Below, in pieces: positions 44,854 through 54,615 of a stretch of 64,000 nucleotides of DNA. Below the pieces are notes generated by a model. It was given only the letters and a program-made list of their open reading frames with translations, ran no database searches and was not told the DNA's origin. The number at the start of each line of letters is the position of its first letter. The stretch's first letter is position 1. Where the stretch lies: the NCBI GenBank assembly GCA_963848295.1, contig CAWKDB010000002.1, positions 896,001-960,000 on the forward strand, read 5' to 3'. Source of the stretch: an uncultured delta proteobacterium. Its GTDB lineage: Bacteria > Myxococcota_A > Polyangia > Haliangiales > Haliangiaceae. A program made the translations under genes and the position numbers.

Positions 44854-45480
44854 ATGACCCGAAACCCTAATGTCTCGCTGTCCATCGCCGAGCCGATCAA
44901 GGTCGCTCTGTTGACCGATGATCCGTTGCTTCGCGCCGGGCTGTCGAGCTTGCTCGCCCAAGTTGGTTCGATCGACGTCGTCGACCGCGACGCGGCAGAA
45001 GTCGCGCTGTGGGACGCCGGGGTCGACGCCGACAAGACGCTCGCCCGACTCGGCGAGCTCCGCACGCTCGAAATCCCCGCGGTCGCGGTCGTCCGCGATC
45101 CTGCTCATGTCGGTCCTGCCCTCGCGGCCGGTGCGCGCGGGGTCGTGATGCGCGATCAAGTCGGGCCGGGGATCCGCGCGGCGCTCGCTGCGGTGCGCAG
45201 CGGGTTGACCGTGATGGACTCCGAGCTCGCCGTCACGCTGCTCCCTGTCCCGCCGGTGCGCGAGCACACGCCGAAAGGTCGCGGCGAGCTGACCGAGCGC
45301 GAGAAGCAGGTCGTGCAGCTGCTGTCGGAAGGCCTGTCGAACAAGCTGATCGCGGATCGGCTCGGGATCAGCGACCACACCGCGAAGTTCCACGTCAACG
45401 GCGTGATGATGAAGCTCGGCTCTTCGACCCGGACCGAGGCGGTGGTCGAAGCCGTCCGCCGCGGCCTGATCCGACTGTAA
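44854..45480 (+). CDS. NarL/LuxR-family response regulator (atypical receiver)
   Basis: C-terminal HTH 'LTEREKQVVQLLSEGLSNKLIADRLGISDHTAKFHV...KLG...RTEAV'. Confidence 0.93.
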   Translation: MTRNPNVSLSIAEPIKVALLTDDPLLRAGLSSLLAQVGSIDVVDRDAAEVALWDAGVDADKTLARLGELRTLEIPAVAVVRDPAHVGPALAAGARGVVMRDQVGPGIRAALAAVRSGLTVMDSELAVTLLPVPPVREHTPKGRGELTEREKQVVQLLSEGLSNKLIADRLGISDHTAKFHVNGVMMKLGSSTRTEAVVEAVRRGLIRL

Positions 45481-45826
45481 ACGTCGGCCGCCAGCCATAC
45501 ACGTCGAGCGCGATCAGCCCCCGGTCGCCGACCTCGACGCCCTCGCGCTCGAGTAGCTCGCGCTGGATCGCCGCGCCGACTGGATCGTGAATCGCGATCC
45601 GGCCGCGTCGCGTGCCGGCTTTGCCAATCACGCGCTGCCACGGCACCCCGGGCGCACGATGGCTGTTCTTGAGCGATGCGCCGGCGATCCGGCCACCGCG
45701 CGGGATGCCCGCGAGCTCGGCCAGCTCGCCGTAGGTCACGACCCGTCCGCGCGGGATCTTCCGCGCGACCGCGTAGATCCGCACGAACAACTCGTGCAGG
45801 TGACTCGCAGACTCGCTTGCCGCCAT
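45395..45826 (-). CDS. Alkyltransferase-like (Atl/YbaZ, MGMT family) DNA-binding protein
   Basis: 'IPRGRVVTYGELA...VPWQRVI...QRELLEREGV'; Trp in place of the catalytic Cys; 3' end overlaps the LuxR gene by 86 bp. Confidence 0.85.
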   Translation of the reverse strand: MAASESASHLHELFVRIYAVARKIPRGRVVTYGELAELAGIPRGGRIAGASLKNSHRAPGVPWQRVIGKAGTRRGRIAIHDPVGAAIQRELLEREGVEVGDRGLIALDVYGWRPTFTVGSGRGGRLRPPPRSGSKSRASSSRR

Positions 45827-45854
45827 TGCCATCGCCACGCTACGACAACGGCTG

Positions 45855-46112
45855 ATGCGGATCCAGGTGCTGTACTTCGCGGTGTTGCGCGAGCGCATCG
45901 GCAAGAGCGACGAGTCGCTCGAGCTGCCCGCCGGTGCGAGCGCCGGCGATGCGGTCGCGGTACTGACCGCGCGGTATCCAGCGATCGCCGCGCTGCAGGG
46001 CCGATTCCGTGTCGCGGTCGGCCGCGCGTTCGTCGCCGATCCGAATCGCCACTTACTCGCCGAGGGCGACGAGCTCGCCGTGATCCCGCCGGTCGCGGGC
46101 GGTGCGGCGTGA
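45855..46112 (+). CDS. moaD: Molybdopterin synthase sulfur carrier subunit
   Basis: 'VLYFAVLRE...GDELAVIPPVAGG' followed by two extra residues (AA). Confidence 0.9.
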   Translation: MRIQVLYFAVLRERIGKSDESLELPAGASAGDAVAVLTARYPAIAALQGRFRVAVGRAFVADPNRHLLAEGDELAVIPPVAGGAA

Positions 46113-46531
46113 TCGCGCATCATGTCGCGCTACTCGCCGAGCCGCTGTCGGTCGACCGCTGCATCGCCGCGGTGCGAGGGCCGGAGATCGGCGGCATCGC
46201 GATGTTCGTCGGCACGGTGCGTCGCCACAACCGCGGCGCGACGATCGAGCGGCTCGAGTACGAGGCCTACGCCGCGATGGCGACGCTGGTGATGACCGAG
46301 CTATGCGCCGAGGTCGAAGCCGAGATCCCGGAGTGTCAGGTCGCGATCGAGCATCGCATCGGCAGCCTCGAGATCGGTGACATCGCGGTGATCGTCGCCG
46401 CCGGCGCGCCGCATCGCGCCGAGGCGTTCGCCGCATGTCGCGCGCTGATCGATCGGCTCAAAGAGCGCGTCCCGATCTGGAAGAAGGAATTCGGCGACGC
46501 CGGCGAACAGTGGATCGGCCTAGGCCCATAG
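46109..46531 (+). CDS. moaE: Molybdopterin synthase catalytic subunit
   Basis: 'GGIAMFVGTVR...LEYEAY..MA...HRIGSL.IGD...HRAEAF.AC...IDRLK..VPIWKKE'. Confidence 0.93.
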   Translation: MIAHHVALLAEPLSVDRCIAAVRGPEIGGIAMFVGTVRRHNRGATIERLEYEAYAAMATLVMTELCAEVEAEIPECQVAIEHRIGSLEIGDIAVIVAAGAPHRAEAFAACRALIDRLKERVPIWKKEFGDAGEQWIGLGP

Positions 46532-46543
46532 CCGGCGCGAGCG

Positions 46544-47062
46544 CTACCAGCTCGCGGTCGCCACGATCGCGGGCGCGAGCTGACCTTGGGGCGACTCCGC
46601 GACGCCGAGCCCGAGCTTCAGGTAACGGTTGTATTCGCTGATGTGGAGGTTGCCGACGATCAAGACGCCGAGGCGGGTCGTGGCGTAGAGGCCGATCGCG
46701 GTCCAGCCGAGGATCGAGCGCGTCCTCGACGACAGCGATCCGTCGGTCGCGAGCGCGGTGATCCCCAAGCCTGCCGGCACGAGACCGCCGAGGATCCAAT
46801 CGAACACGACCGCCGACGGGCGGACTCCACCGAAGACCTTGTGGTCGAGCTCGTAGCTCCCGTAGATCGGGATCAATGCGCCGAGGCTCAGCGTGGCTCG
46901 ATCCGCCTGCAGCGCCTTCCGCGCATCGGGATCGAGCGTGGCGGCGTCGATGTGCCCGAGCATCGCGTCGATGTGCGCGTGGATCGCCTCGTTGTTCGCG
47001 AGGTCGGCCGCCGCGGTCCGCGATGCGACCAAGCATCCGACCATGACCGCGGACCGGATCAC
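46544..47062 (-). CDS. Hypothetical exported/membrane protein
   Basis: GTG overlaps the kinase stop; signal-like N-terminus (TAAA-D), hydrophobic helices, terminal Trp. Confidence 0.65.
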   Translation of the reverse strand: MIRSAVMVGCLVASRTAAADLANNEAIHAHIDAMLGHIDAATLDPDARKALQADRATLSLGALIPIYGSYELDHKVFGGVRPSAVVFDWILGGLVPAGLGITALATDGSLSSRTRSILGWTAIGLYATTRLGVLIVGNLHISEYNRYLKLGLGVAESPQGQLAPAIVATASW

Positions 47063-48900
47063 GGCGTGACCGTAGAGGCGGGCAACAGCTGGCGCAAGTG
47101 CCAAGCCTGGATCTCGACCTGGCGCTGCGCGTCGCGGCGCGATCGCGCGAGCACATTCGCGAACAGACCGATGACCGCGATCGTGAGCACGTTCGCGCCG
47201 ATCAGGAGCCCCTTGGTCCAGGTCCCGCCGATCGTGATCATCGTCGACACCGAGGTGACCTCGCCGTCGCCGACCCGCCAGGTCGACTCGAGAATACCGG
47301 CGCTCTCCAGCGCCACCGGCACGACCCAGCTGACGACGAGGATCGCGAGCACCAGCTTCGCGCGATCGATGAGTTGTGGATAGGACGTGAGCGACACCGC
47401 CATCACGCAGGTCACCGCCGGCGCGATGATGAGCGAGCCGAACGACCGCGAAAGGAGCGCGGCGAGCATCGCATTCCCGACGAGTACCGCGATCATTTCG
47501 CTCGGCAGCGCGCGTCGTCGCGACAATCCGAACGCGGCCGCGGCCATCACGGCGGTCAGCGTCGCCACGACGGTCATCGTTCCGACGTTGCGCAGACCGT
47601 TCCAGGAGGCCATCACCAAGAACGCGCCGATGGCAACGAACGACAGCGTCGCGACCCGCGACTGCCGGCGCTGCACCGCGACCTCCGAGCTCGCGAGTGC
47701 TTGCTCGAGCTCGGTGGGGAGCTGCTTCGTGGGCTCGAGGATCAGGTGCGCGAAGAAGGCCGCAGCGTCGCCGGAGTCGGGGTCGAGCGCGAGCGCGCGC
47801 CCGGCGTTCTGCAGTGCCTCGACCCGGCGACCGACCGCGTCCTCGGCGAGCGCGGCGCGCGCCTTCAGGAGCCAGTCCGCAGACAGCTCGCGTCGCCGGT
47901 CGAGATCGCGGTCGCCATCGAGATACTGCTCGACGCGATTCGCGAGCTCGTTCGCGCTCGGACGCTTCGCTAGATCGAGCGCGAGGGCCGAGGCGCACAG
48001 CTGGTCGAGCTCCGGGGGGATCGAGCGATCCGGTTGGCGCTTCGCAGGAAGCGGATCGACTCCGGCGAGCGTCGACATCAGCGCCGCGGTGCCGCGAGGA
48101 TGGAGCGGTTCGCCGGCGAGGATCTCGAACAACATCGCACCGAGCGCGTAGACGTCGGCCGGCGGGCCAACGCCGGACATCCCACGTACCTGTTCGGGAG
48201 CCATGTAGCCTGGCGTGCCGAGCACCGCTCCGACTTGCGTCGCGCCATCGAGTGATTCGATATCGGCGGCGACGGAACCGATGTCGGCCTCGCCCACGAC
48301 CTTCGCGAGCCCCCAGTCGAGCACGTAGACCTCGCCGAAATCGCCGAGCATGATGTTCGCGGGCTTGAGGTCGCGGTGAACGACGCCGTGCGAATGCGCG
48401 AACTCCACGGCGTTGCAGACGTCGGCGAACGCGCGCAGCAGCCGCTGTCGCGGCGGAGGCGGCTGGGCCGCGAGGAGCTCGGATAGGGTGACACCGGCGA
48501 GCCGCTTCATCGTGAAGAACGGATGGCCGTCCGCGTCGCGACCGAGCTCGTGGACCGGGACGATCGCCGGGTGCTCGAGGCGGGCCTGGATGCGAGCCTC
48601 GCGCAGGAAGCGCGAGACGGCATCCGCGGTCGGGGCGGTGCCGCGCATCCGCTTGACCGCGACGTCGCGCCCGATCCGCTCGTCGTGTGCGAGCACCACC
48701 TCACCCATTCCGCCGCGACCGATCACGTCCGCGAGCACGTAGCCGGGGAGCGTGCGCTGGTGCGCTGTGGCCGGATCGGACGCCTCCGCGGTGATCGTGG
48801 CCTCGTAACCGGCTGATGGACCGATTACCGTCGGGGTTAGCGCCGGATCGGAACCGGCTAGCGGTGGCGACGGGTTGGGTGGCCGGTCGATCGGCTTCAT
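47059..48900 (-). CDS. Ser/Thr protein kinase with C-terminal multi-TM domain
   Basis: GRGGMG, VAVK, HRDLKPANI, DWG, GTPGYMAPEQ; about five or six hydrophobic segments at the C-terminus. Confidence 0.94.
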   Translation of the reverse strand: MKPIDRPPNPSPPLAGSDPALTPTVIGPSAGYEATITAEASDPATAHQRTLPGYVLADVIGRGGMGEVVLAHDERIGRDVAVKRMRGTAPTADAVSRFLREARIQARLEHPAIVPVHELGRDADGHPFFTMKRLAGVTLSELLAAQPPPPRQRLLRAFADVCNAVEFAHSHGVVHRDLKPANIMLGDFGEVYVLDWGLAKVVGEADIGSVAADIESLDGATQVGAVLGTPGYMAPEQVRGMSGVGPPADVYALGAMLFEILAGEPLHPRGTAALMSTLAGVDPLPAKRQPDRSIPPELDQLCASALALDLAKRPSANELANRVEQYLDGDRDLDRRRELSADWLLKARAALAEDAVGRRVEALQNAGRALALDPDSGDAAAFFAHLILEPTKQLPTELEQALASSEVAVQRRQSRVATLSFVAIGAFLVMASWNGLRNVGTMTVVATLTAVMAAAAFGLSRRRALPSEMIAVLVGNAMLAALLSRSFGSLIIAPAVTCVMAVSLTSYPQLIDRAKLVLAILVVSWVVPVALESAGILESTWRVGDGEVTSVSTMITIGGTWTKGLLIGANVLTIAVIGLFANVLARSRRDAQRQVEIQAWHLRQLLPASTVTP

Positions 48901-48958
48901 GGCCCGCGATCGTACGCGCTTCGCGAGCGACCCGCACCGCATCGGATTCGGGTGTGGG

Positions 48959-50260
48959 CTACTGGGCGGGTTGCGCCGGCTCGGGCACGGCCGATCCGGG
49001 CTCGGCAGATCCTTCCGCAGCGGGTGGCGCTGCGGCGGTCGGCGGCGGATTGATCGGGGTCACCGCAGTCGGCGACGGCGGCGGTGGAGGCGCGGTCGGT
49101 TGGATCGCTCGCTCGATCGGCGGGTGCTCTTCGCCGGTCATGGCCGGCGGGGGCGGCGGCGGTGGCATCGGCGCCGGAGCGAGGCGCGGCGGCGCGTGAT
49201 GCAACACGGGCGCGACGGTGGGGGCGCTGCCGGCGCTGCACTGCTGGTCGAGCCGCTTCATGTCGCGCCACGTGCCGGCGAGCTTGATATGAAACAACCC
49301 GTCGGAGCGAATCTCGGCGCCCGACGCCTGCAGCGCCGCGAGCGTCTTGGGCTCCCGCTTGCCGAGCGCCTCGGAGCCCTTGAACCGCAAGCAGCCGTTG
49401 ACCGTCGATTCACCGAACACTTGCGCGAGCGTCATCGCGAGATCGACGTGGACCTCACCGTCGTTCGACTTCGCTTCGAACTTCGACAGGTCGAGCTTGC
49501 CATCCTTGATCTCGAGCTTCGCGGCGAGCGAGTCGATCTTGATCGTGCCGAAATCGATGCCGTCGCCGACCATCGCCTGCGTCCGCGTGTTCTTGATGAT
49601 CGGCTTGAGCTTCGCCTTGCCGTCGCCGATCGTGCAGCCACTCGGGCATCCCACGTCGATGTCGGCGTCGAGCTTTCTCCAGTTGATCGCCGGGCGGCCG
49701 TTCTCGAACGGCAGATCGATCGTCGCGGACACGTCGACCTTGCCCGACATCGGCAAACCGATCGCGCTGCGCAGCGGCAGGCTGCCTCCGGGGATGCCCT
49801 CGCCGTCGAGCTTCATCGAGACGCCGTCGCGCATGAAGTGGCGCAGCGTTACGTTGCCGCTGAGCTCGCCGGTCGCGATCTCGGCGTCGATGTTGATCGA
49901 GACGTTCTTGCTGATCAGGGCGAGCAACCCGACATCGAGCTTCACGCGATTGAACGTGAACAGCAGCGGCGTTTCGCCGGGCTTGGTCGGTCGCGTCCGG
50001 ATCTGCAGGTTGTTGATATAGATCCGCCCGGGCACCCAGCCGCGCTCGACGGGCGCTTCGTACGTGATGTCGAAGCTCGACGACATCGCCTCGATGCCCT
50101 TCTTGAGCGCGCGGTCGTACGGCGCGGTCGCTTGGAGCGCGAACAGGAACGTCACGAGCGCCAGCACGATGTAGGCGCCTAGTCGCGCCATCCGCCGCGG
50201 GTCTTTGATGAACGCGAAGACCGATCGTGCGACGGAGCTGGCGACGTCGGCGGCCTTCAT
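48959..50260 (-). CDS. gspN: Type II secretion system protein N
   Basis: Last gene of the gsp operon; N-terminal TM followed by 'PYDR' and a beta-rich body. Confidence 0.8.
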   Translation of the reverse strand: MKAADVASSVARSVFAFIKDPRRMARLGAYIVLALVTFLFALQATAPYDRALKKGIEAMSSSFDITYEAPVERGWVPGRIYINNLQIRTRPTKPGETPLLFTFNRVKLDVGLLALISKNVSINIDAEIATGELSGNVTLRHFMRDGVSMKLDGEGIPGGSLPLRSAIGLPMSGKVDVSATIDLPFENGRPAINWRKLDADIDVGCPSGCTIGDGKAKLKPIIKNTRTQAMVGDGIDFGTIKIDSLAAKLEIKDGKLDLSKFEAKSNDGEVHVDLAMTLAQVFGESTVNGCLRFKGSEALGKREPKTLAALQASGAEIRSDGLFHIKLAGTWRDMKRLDQQCSAGSAPTVAPVLHHAPPRLAPAPMPPPPPPPAMTGEEHPPIERAIQPTAPPPPPSPTAVTPINPPPTAAAPPAAEGSAEPGSAVPEPAQPAQ

Positions 50261-50853
50261 GGTGATGCCTTCGTGTCGGCCGAGCCAGTCGCGCTGCCAC
50301 CGCTACCGCTGCCATCGGCTTTCTTCACCAGCGGCTTCGAGTAGGTCGAGACCTCGAGCGAGGCGCCTAGCTTGTCGTCGTTGTAGTCCTTGTGGATCTC
50401 GAGGCGGGTCACGGCGACGATCTTCTGGGCTTCGACTTCCTGAAGGAAGTCTTTGAGCTGCGGGAGCGTGATCCTATCGAGCGCGAGCGAGACCGAGGTC
50501 GTCACCGTGTCGCCGCGCGGTTGGTCCGGGCGAGGCGTCGTGCCCTTGAGCTGGAAACCCGCTTTCGTCGCCGCCTTGTCGAGGTAGCTCTCGAGCGGCA
50601 ACGGATCGGCCGGCAACACGACGTCGTCGATCGGTGGCGGCACCGCACCGCGAGCGTGCAGGTCGTCGACGATCTTGAGCGCCGCGCGAATGTCGTCGTT
50701 GTGCGCTTCGCGCGCGTCGAGGCCGTCGCTGATCGCAAACGCGAGCCACAGCGCGAGCGTGACAGGCACCGCGATCGCCGCGATCACCACGAGCATGCGC
50801 TCGCGTGGCGAGATCCGGTCCCAGAAGTTTCGTGCGCTATCGGAGATCGCCAT
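50257..50853 (-). CDS. gspM: Type II secretion system protein M
   Basis: 'WDRISPRERMLV' plus TM; 'LESYLDKAA'; 'ITLPQLKDFLQEVE'. Confidence 0.85.
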   Translation of the reverse strand: MAISDSARNFWDRISPRERMLVVIAAIAVPVTLALWLAFAISDGLDAREAHNDDIRAALKIVDDLHARGAVPPPIDDVVLPADPLPLESYLDKAATKAGFQLKGTTPRPDQPRGDTVTTSVSLALDRITLPQLKDFLQEVEAQKIVAVTRLEIHKDYNDDKLGASLEVSTYSKPLVKKADGSGSGGSATGSADTKASP

Positions 50854-50859
50854 GGGTCC

Positions 50860-52563
50860 TCACATGCAGTCTGCTTTGATGGTGATCTCGAACGTCTTGA
50901 CCGATTCCTTCGTGCCGTTCGCGCGCACGACGTCCTTGGTGCCTTGCGCGCCGCGCGTGATCGCCTTGAAACACTCGACGTCTTTGAGCTTGGTCGAGAT
51001 CAACACGATCTCGTCCGACGTCTTCGTCGTGCCCGAGAACTTTACCTGGTCGGGCTCGATCACGATGTTCTCGATATCGATCGTGGCCTTGTCCCGGCCG
51101 GGGAGATGCTCGGACAGCTCGAGCAGCACGTCGTACGCGGTGAGCTTCGGGATCGGCGAGCCGTTGGTCAGCGACGCCGAACCGCCGCTGGTCTTGGTCG
51201 TGCCGAGGATCTCGTCGGCCGTCTTCGCTTTGTTGAACACGAGCGCCGATTCGATCGCGAGCCGGTTCGCGAGCACCGTGCCCGCCTTGTCGAGGCGATA
51301 CAGATTCGCGCGCGCGCTCCCCGCCGCGAAAGCGGAGATCGCGAGCACCGCGACGCCGAGCGGCACCGCCTTGGCGCGCAGGAACGTCAGGTCTACGCTC
51401 ACCGCGAGCGAACCGGATCGCAGATCGAACATCGGCCGACCGCCGGCAGCGTCGTACGCCATCCCGACGGTCATCGCCGCCGAATCGATCGGCATCGGCG
51501 CGACGGCGTTTGCGGTCGCGAGCTTCGGGCCGGCGAGCGCGGCGATATCGTCCGGGGTCAGCCGCCAGGCCGGCACCGCGAGTTGTTCACCGAGGAACGA
51601 CGCGATGCCGCGCAGCCGCGAACCGCCGCCGACGAGCAGCACCGCGAGCGCGGTAAATCCCGTGCGAGCGCGACAGGCCGCGAGCGTCTGGCGCAGATCG
51701 CGCGCGAAGGGCGACAGCTCCGCGACCGTGACCTCGTGAATCCGAGCCCACGCATCCGAGGTCGCGGGCTCGGCATGCGACGCGACGAACCCTTCGGCGT
51801 GCTTCGCGCGCTCGGCATCCTCGAATGACTTCTTCCAGTGCCGTGCGATCGCCTCGGTGACGTCCTTGCCGGCACGCGCGATGCTGCGGCTGAACACCGC
51901 CTTGCCGGCCGCGACCACGACCACGTCGGTGCGATCGTGGCCGATGTCGACGACCGCCACCGCGCCGTCTTGCCGCGCGCGCGCGAGCGACGGCGTGCGC
52001 TCGACGAGCCGGACCGCAGCACCGCCCACCGGCAGCACGCCGCGCATATCGAAGCCGCATTGCTTGCCGACATCGATCAGCTGCTGCGCCCGCTCGCGCG
52101 TCATCGCGTAGCTGAGCACGCGCATGCCTTCGAGCGGGGCGGCGACTCGGCCATGCCGCAGCTCGGGCGGCGCGTCCGGCGACGGCACCGCGGCAGCGGG
52201 CGCCGGCGGCAACGGCTCGAAGCAATAGACCATGTCTTCGAGATCGACGGGCACGACGCCCTCGAGCTCACCGCCGACCGCCTTGTCGAGCTCGGCGCGA
52301 CGCAGGCTCTTGAACCCGAACTCCAGGATCTGGGTGAACACCTGGTCGCCGTAGACACCGATGTAGCCGCCATCGCCGCGCAACCTCTTCTCGTCGATCA
52401 GCTGCGCGAGGACGCGCCGCGCGCGGACCTCGGCCGGTTCGTCGCCCGGTGGGACGAGGCGCTCGACGACCTCGGTCAGCGTGGCGCCGCGCAGGCCAGG
52501 GCTGGCGATCGCGAGCTTCACGCTCCACGCACCGAGATCGATCGCGAACAATCGTGACGCCAT
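50860..52563 (-). CDS. gspL: Type II secretion system protein L (PilM/PilN-like fusion)
   Basis: Actin-like 'IDLGAWSVK', 'VVDIGHDRT', 'LVGGGSRLRG'; TM; PilN-like C-terminus. Confidence 0.85.
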   Translation of the reverse strand: MASRLFAIDLGAWSVKLAIASPGLRGATLTEVVERLVPPGDEPAEVRARRVLAQLIDEKRLRGDGGYIGVYGDQVFTQILEFGFKSLRRAELDKAVGGELEGVVPVDLEDMVYCFEPLPPAPAAAVPSPDAPPELRHGRVAAPLEGMRVLSYAMTRERAQQLIDVGKQCGFDMRGVLPVGGAAVRLVERTPSLARARQDGAVAVVDIGHDRTDVVVVAAGKAVFSRSIARAGKDVTEAIARHWKKSFEDAERAKHAEGFVASHAEPATSDAWARIHEVTVAELSPFARDLRQTLAACRARTGFTALAVLLVGGGSRLRGIASFLGEQLAVPAWRLTPDDIAALAGPKLATANAVAPMPIDSAAMTVGMAYDAAGGRPMFDLRSGSLAVSVDLTFLRAKAVPLGVAVLAISAFAAGSARANLYRLDKAGTVLANRLAIESALVFNKAKTADEILGTTKTSGGSASLTNGSPIPKLTAYDVLLELSEHLPGRDKATIDIENIVIEPDQVKFSGTTKTSDEIVLISTKLKDVECFKAITRGAQGTKDVVRANGTKESVKTFEITIKADCM

Positions 52564-52564
52564 A

Positions 52565-53923
52565 TCAGTCTTCCCTCAAGAACACCCAGGCGCCGTTCGG
52601 CACTGGGGTCTTCCTGGCGTTCTGTGGCACCACTTTGGTGTCCCACACGCCGGTGATCGTGCTGCGGATCGGCGGATACACGGGCGAACCGTCCTTCTTG
52701 AGCTGCTTGCGATCGACTTGGCCATACGCCTGGATCCGATAGGTCCGGCGCGGACCGGTCGTCGCGATCTGCGTGAGCTTGCCCTTGTCGAGCTCGAGCC
52801 CGACCTTGTCGCCACCCGCGAGGCCGGGAAGGCCCTGCGCGACCGCCGCACTCGCCGCGCTACCCGCCATCGTGCCCGACTGCGAAGCGAGCGCGCTCAC
52901 CGTCGCCGACGGATCCTTCACGAACGTGATGAAGTCGTCGAGACTCAAGAACGATTCGCCGAAGTTCTTCGCCTTGGCGACCTCGCCCGCGAGCAAGAAT
53001 AGTCGCCGCTGATCGAGGATCACCGGGTCGTTCGGGTTCTTCGCCGCGAGGAACAAGATCGCCGCGATCAATTGCACGTTCGATGCGGTCGACAAGTTGA
53101 CCCGGCAGCCGCCGTAGACGGTGAACGCGCTGCCGAACAGCTGCCAGAACCGATCGTCGACGCCTCGCGCGAGCTTGATCTCGCCGACCGAATCGAGGTA
53201 GTAGCCGTTGCCGGGCGACTGATTGTTCGGGGCCGGGGCGATCTTCGGGTAGTAGGGGTCCTTGAGCGTGTCGTAGCCGTAGTCCTCGGTGGTGCCGCGG
53301 TCGCGCAGGTGCATCCCGTCGGAGTCGATGAAGTCGATGATCGCCGCGGACTGCGTCGCGCGATCGCGGTGATAGCCTTCGGCGTCGTTGTCGTCGAACA
53401 CCGGGTCGTAGGCGTTGAAGAACATCATCGCGTCGAGCGCGGCCTTGATCGTCGCCCACGACGCCGTGTTCGCGCAGTTGAGGTTGATCTTGTCGTCATC
53501 GGTCATGATCGCGCCGGTGCCGCACGTGCCGATGTCAGCGCCGAAGCCCTTGCCCAAGAACGCGAGCGGCCCGATCGCGGCGACGACCTCCTCGGGGCTA
53601 CCGCAGAACGGCAGCATCAGCTGATCGGCGTAGTCGGTGATCTGGAACAGGCCGCGCATCGCTTTGACGTTGTCGAGGCGCTGCTGGATCCGGATCACGA
53701 GCTCGCCGAAGTTGAGCGCCGACCGTGCCAGGAAGTCCGCGCGCATCTGATCGCGATAGTTGGCCGCGGCGATCACGTCGGTGCCGGTCGACGAGCCGAA
53801 GTCGTTCGAGATCACCAGGATGATCGCGATCACGACCATCACCATCACGATCGCCATGCCGCGGCGCCGCCGCCGGCGGACCGGCGGGCGCGAGCGCGAA
53901 GTGGAGGGGGTTGGTTCGGTCAT
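52565..53923 (-). CDS. gspK: Type II secretion minor pseudopilin K
   Basis: 'RRRRG-MAIVMVMVVIAII', 'DDDKINLN', 'IIDFIDSD', 'FTVYG...VNL'. Confidence 0.9.
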   Translation of the reverse strand: MTEPTPSTSRSRPPVRRRRRRGMAIVMVMVVIAIILVISNDFGSSTGTDVIAAANYRDQMRADFLARSALNFGELVIRIQQRLDNVKAMRGLFQITDYADQLMLPFCGSPEEVVAAIGPLAFLGKGFGADIGTCGTGAIMTDDDKINLNCANTASWATIKAALDAMMFFNAYDPVFDDNDAEGYHRDRATQSAAIIDFIDSDGMHLRDRGTTEDYGYDTLKDPYYPKIAPAPNNQSPGNGYYLDSVGEIKLARGVDDRFWQLFGSAFTVYGGCRVNLSTASNVQLIAAILFLAAKNPNDPVILDQRRLFLLAGEVAKAKNFGESFLSLDDFITFVKDPSATVSALASQSGTMAGSAASAAVAQGLPGLAGGDKVGLELDKGKLTQIATTGPRRTYRIQAYGQVDRKQLKKDGSPVYPPIRSTITGVWDTKVVPQNARKTPVPNGAWVFLRED

Positions 53924-53928
53924 GGCGA

Positions 53929-54615
53929 TCAGGTCGGGGAGAAGTTGAGCGCCTCCTGCATCAGGATGCGCGCCTGGGTCGTGTACTTGATCTCCTTGTC
54001 GTCGGCGCCCTTGATCGTGACGGTGATCCGGACGCGCAGCGGCAGCTCGCCGCGCTGGCCGTCGGACTGGGTCGTGTCCCACGTGTCCTGCCACTCGAGG
54101 TTGCGCCAGTTCCAGAACTCGAACTTGACCGCGCGGACGTCGTGCACGAGCACGTCGTACTCGCTCGGCTCCTCCTCGGGCGGCCGGTTCGACTCGCGGC
54201 GTTGCTCGCGGCGGATCCAATCGGAGACGCCGGGGTGGTCCGGATCGTTTCGCGACAGATACTGGATGACGGTCTGCTCGGACTCGTTCGCGTCGGCCCA
54301 CAGCACGCGGTGACCGAGCGTCGAGAAGCGGATCGCCGGCACGACGTCGCCCGGTCGCGCGATCATCATCGTCCGCGGGTGGCTCTGCGTCATGTCCTCG
54401 TTCCGCGACAGATACGCGGCCTGAAAGTCGGCGACCACCCGCCCCATCGCCTGGCGGACTTCGTGGTTGCGCTCCTCGAAGTCTTCGAACCGTTTGCGCG
54501 CGTTCGCGGTGTTCGTGATCGTGCCCCACGCGAGCGTCATCATCAGCGCCATGATCGCGGTCGAGATCATGACCTCGAGCAACGTCAAGCCGGCGTGCGG
54601 GCGGCGGACCGTCAA
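53929..54615 (-). CDS. gspJ: Type II secretion minor pseudopilin J
   Basis: G-LTLLEV prepilin site; 'WQDTWD...LPLRVRI'. Confidence 0.9.
   Translation of the reverse strand: MTVRRPHAGLTLLEVMISTAIMALMMTLAWGTITNTANARKRFEDFEERNHEVRQAMGRVVADFQAAYLSRNEDMTQSHPRTMMIARPGDVVPAIRFSTLGHRVLWADANESEQTVIQYLSRNDPDHPGVSDWIRREQRRESNRPPEEEPSEYDVLVHDVRAVKFEFWNWRNLEWQDTWDTTQSDGQRGELPLRVRITVTIKGADDKEIKYTTQARILMQEALNFSPT

Noticed and set aside
45395..45480. Functional significance of the 86-bp Atl/LuxR 3' overlap
   Set aside because: The Atl extension past ...YGWRP is low-information and is simply explained by a lost stop or a sequence error.
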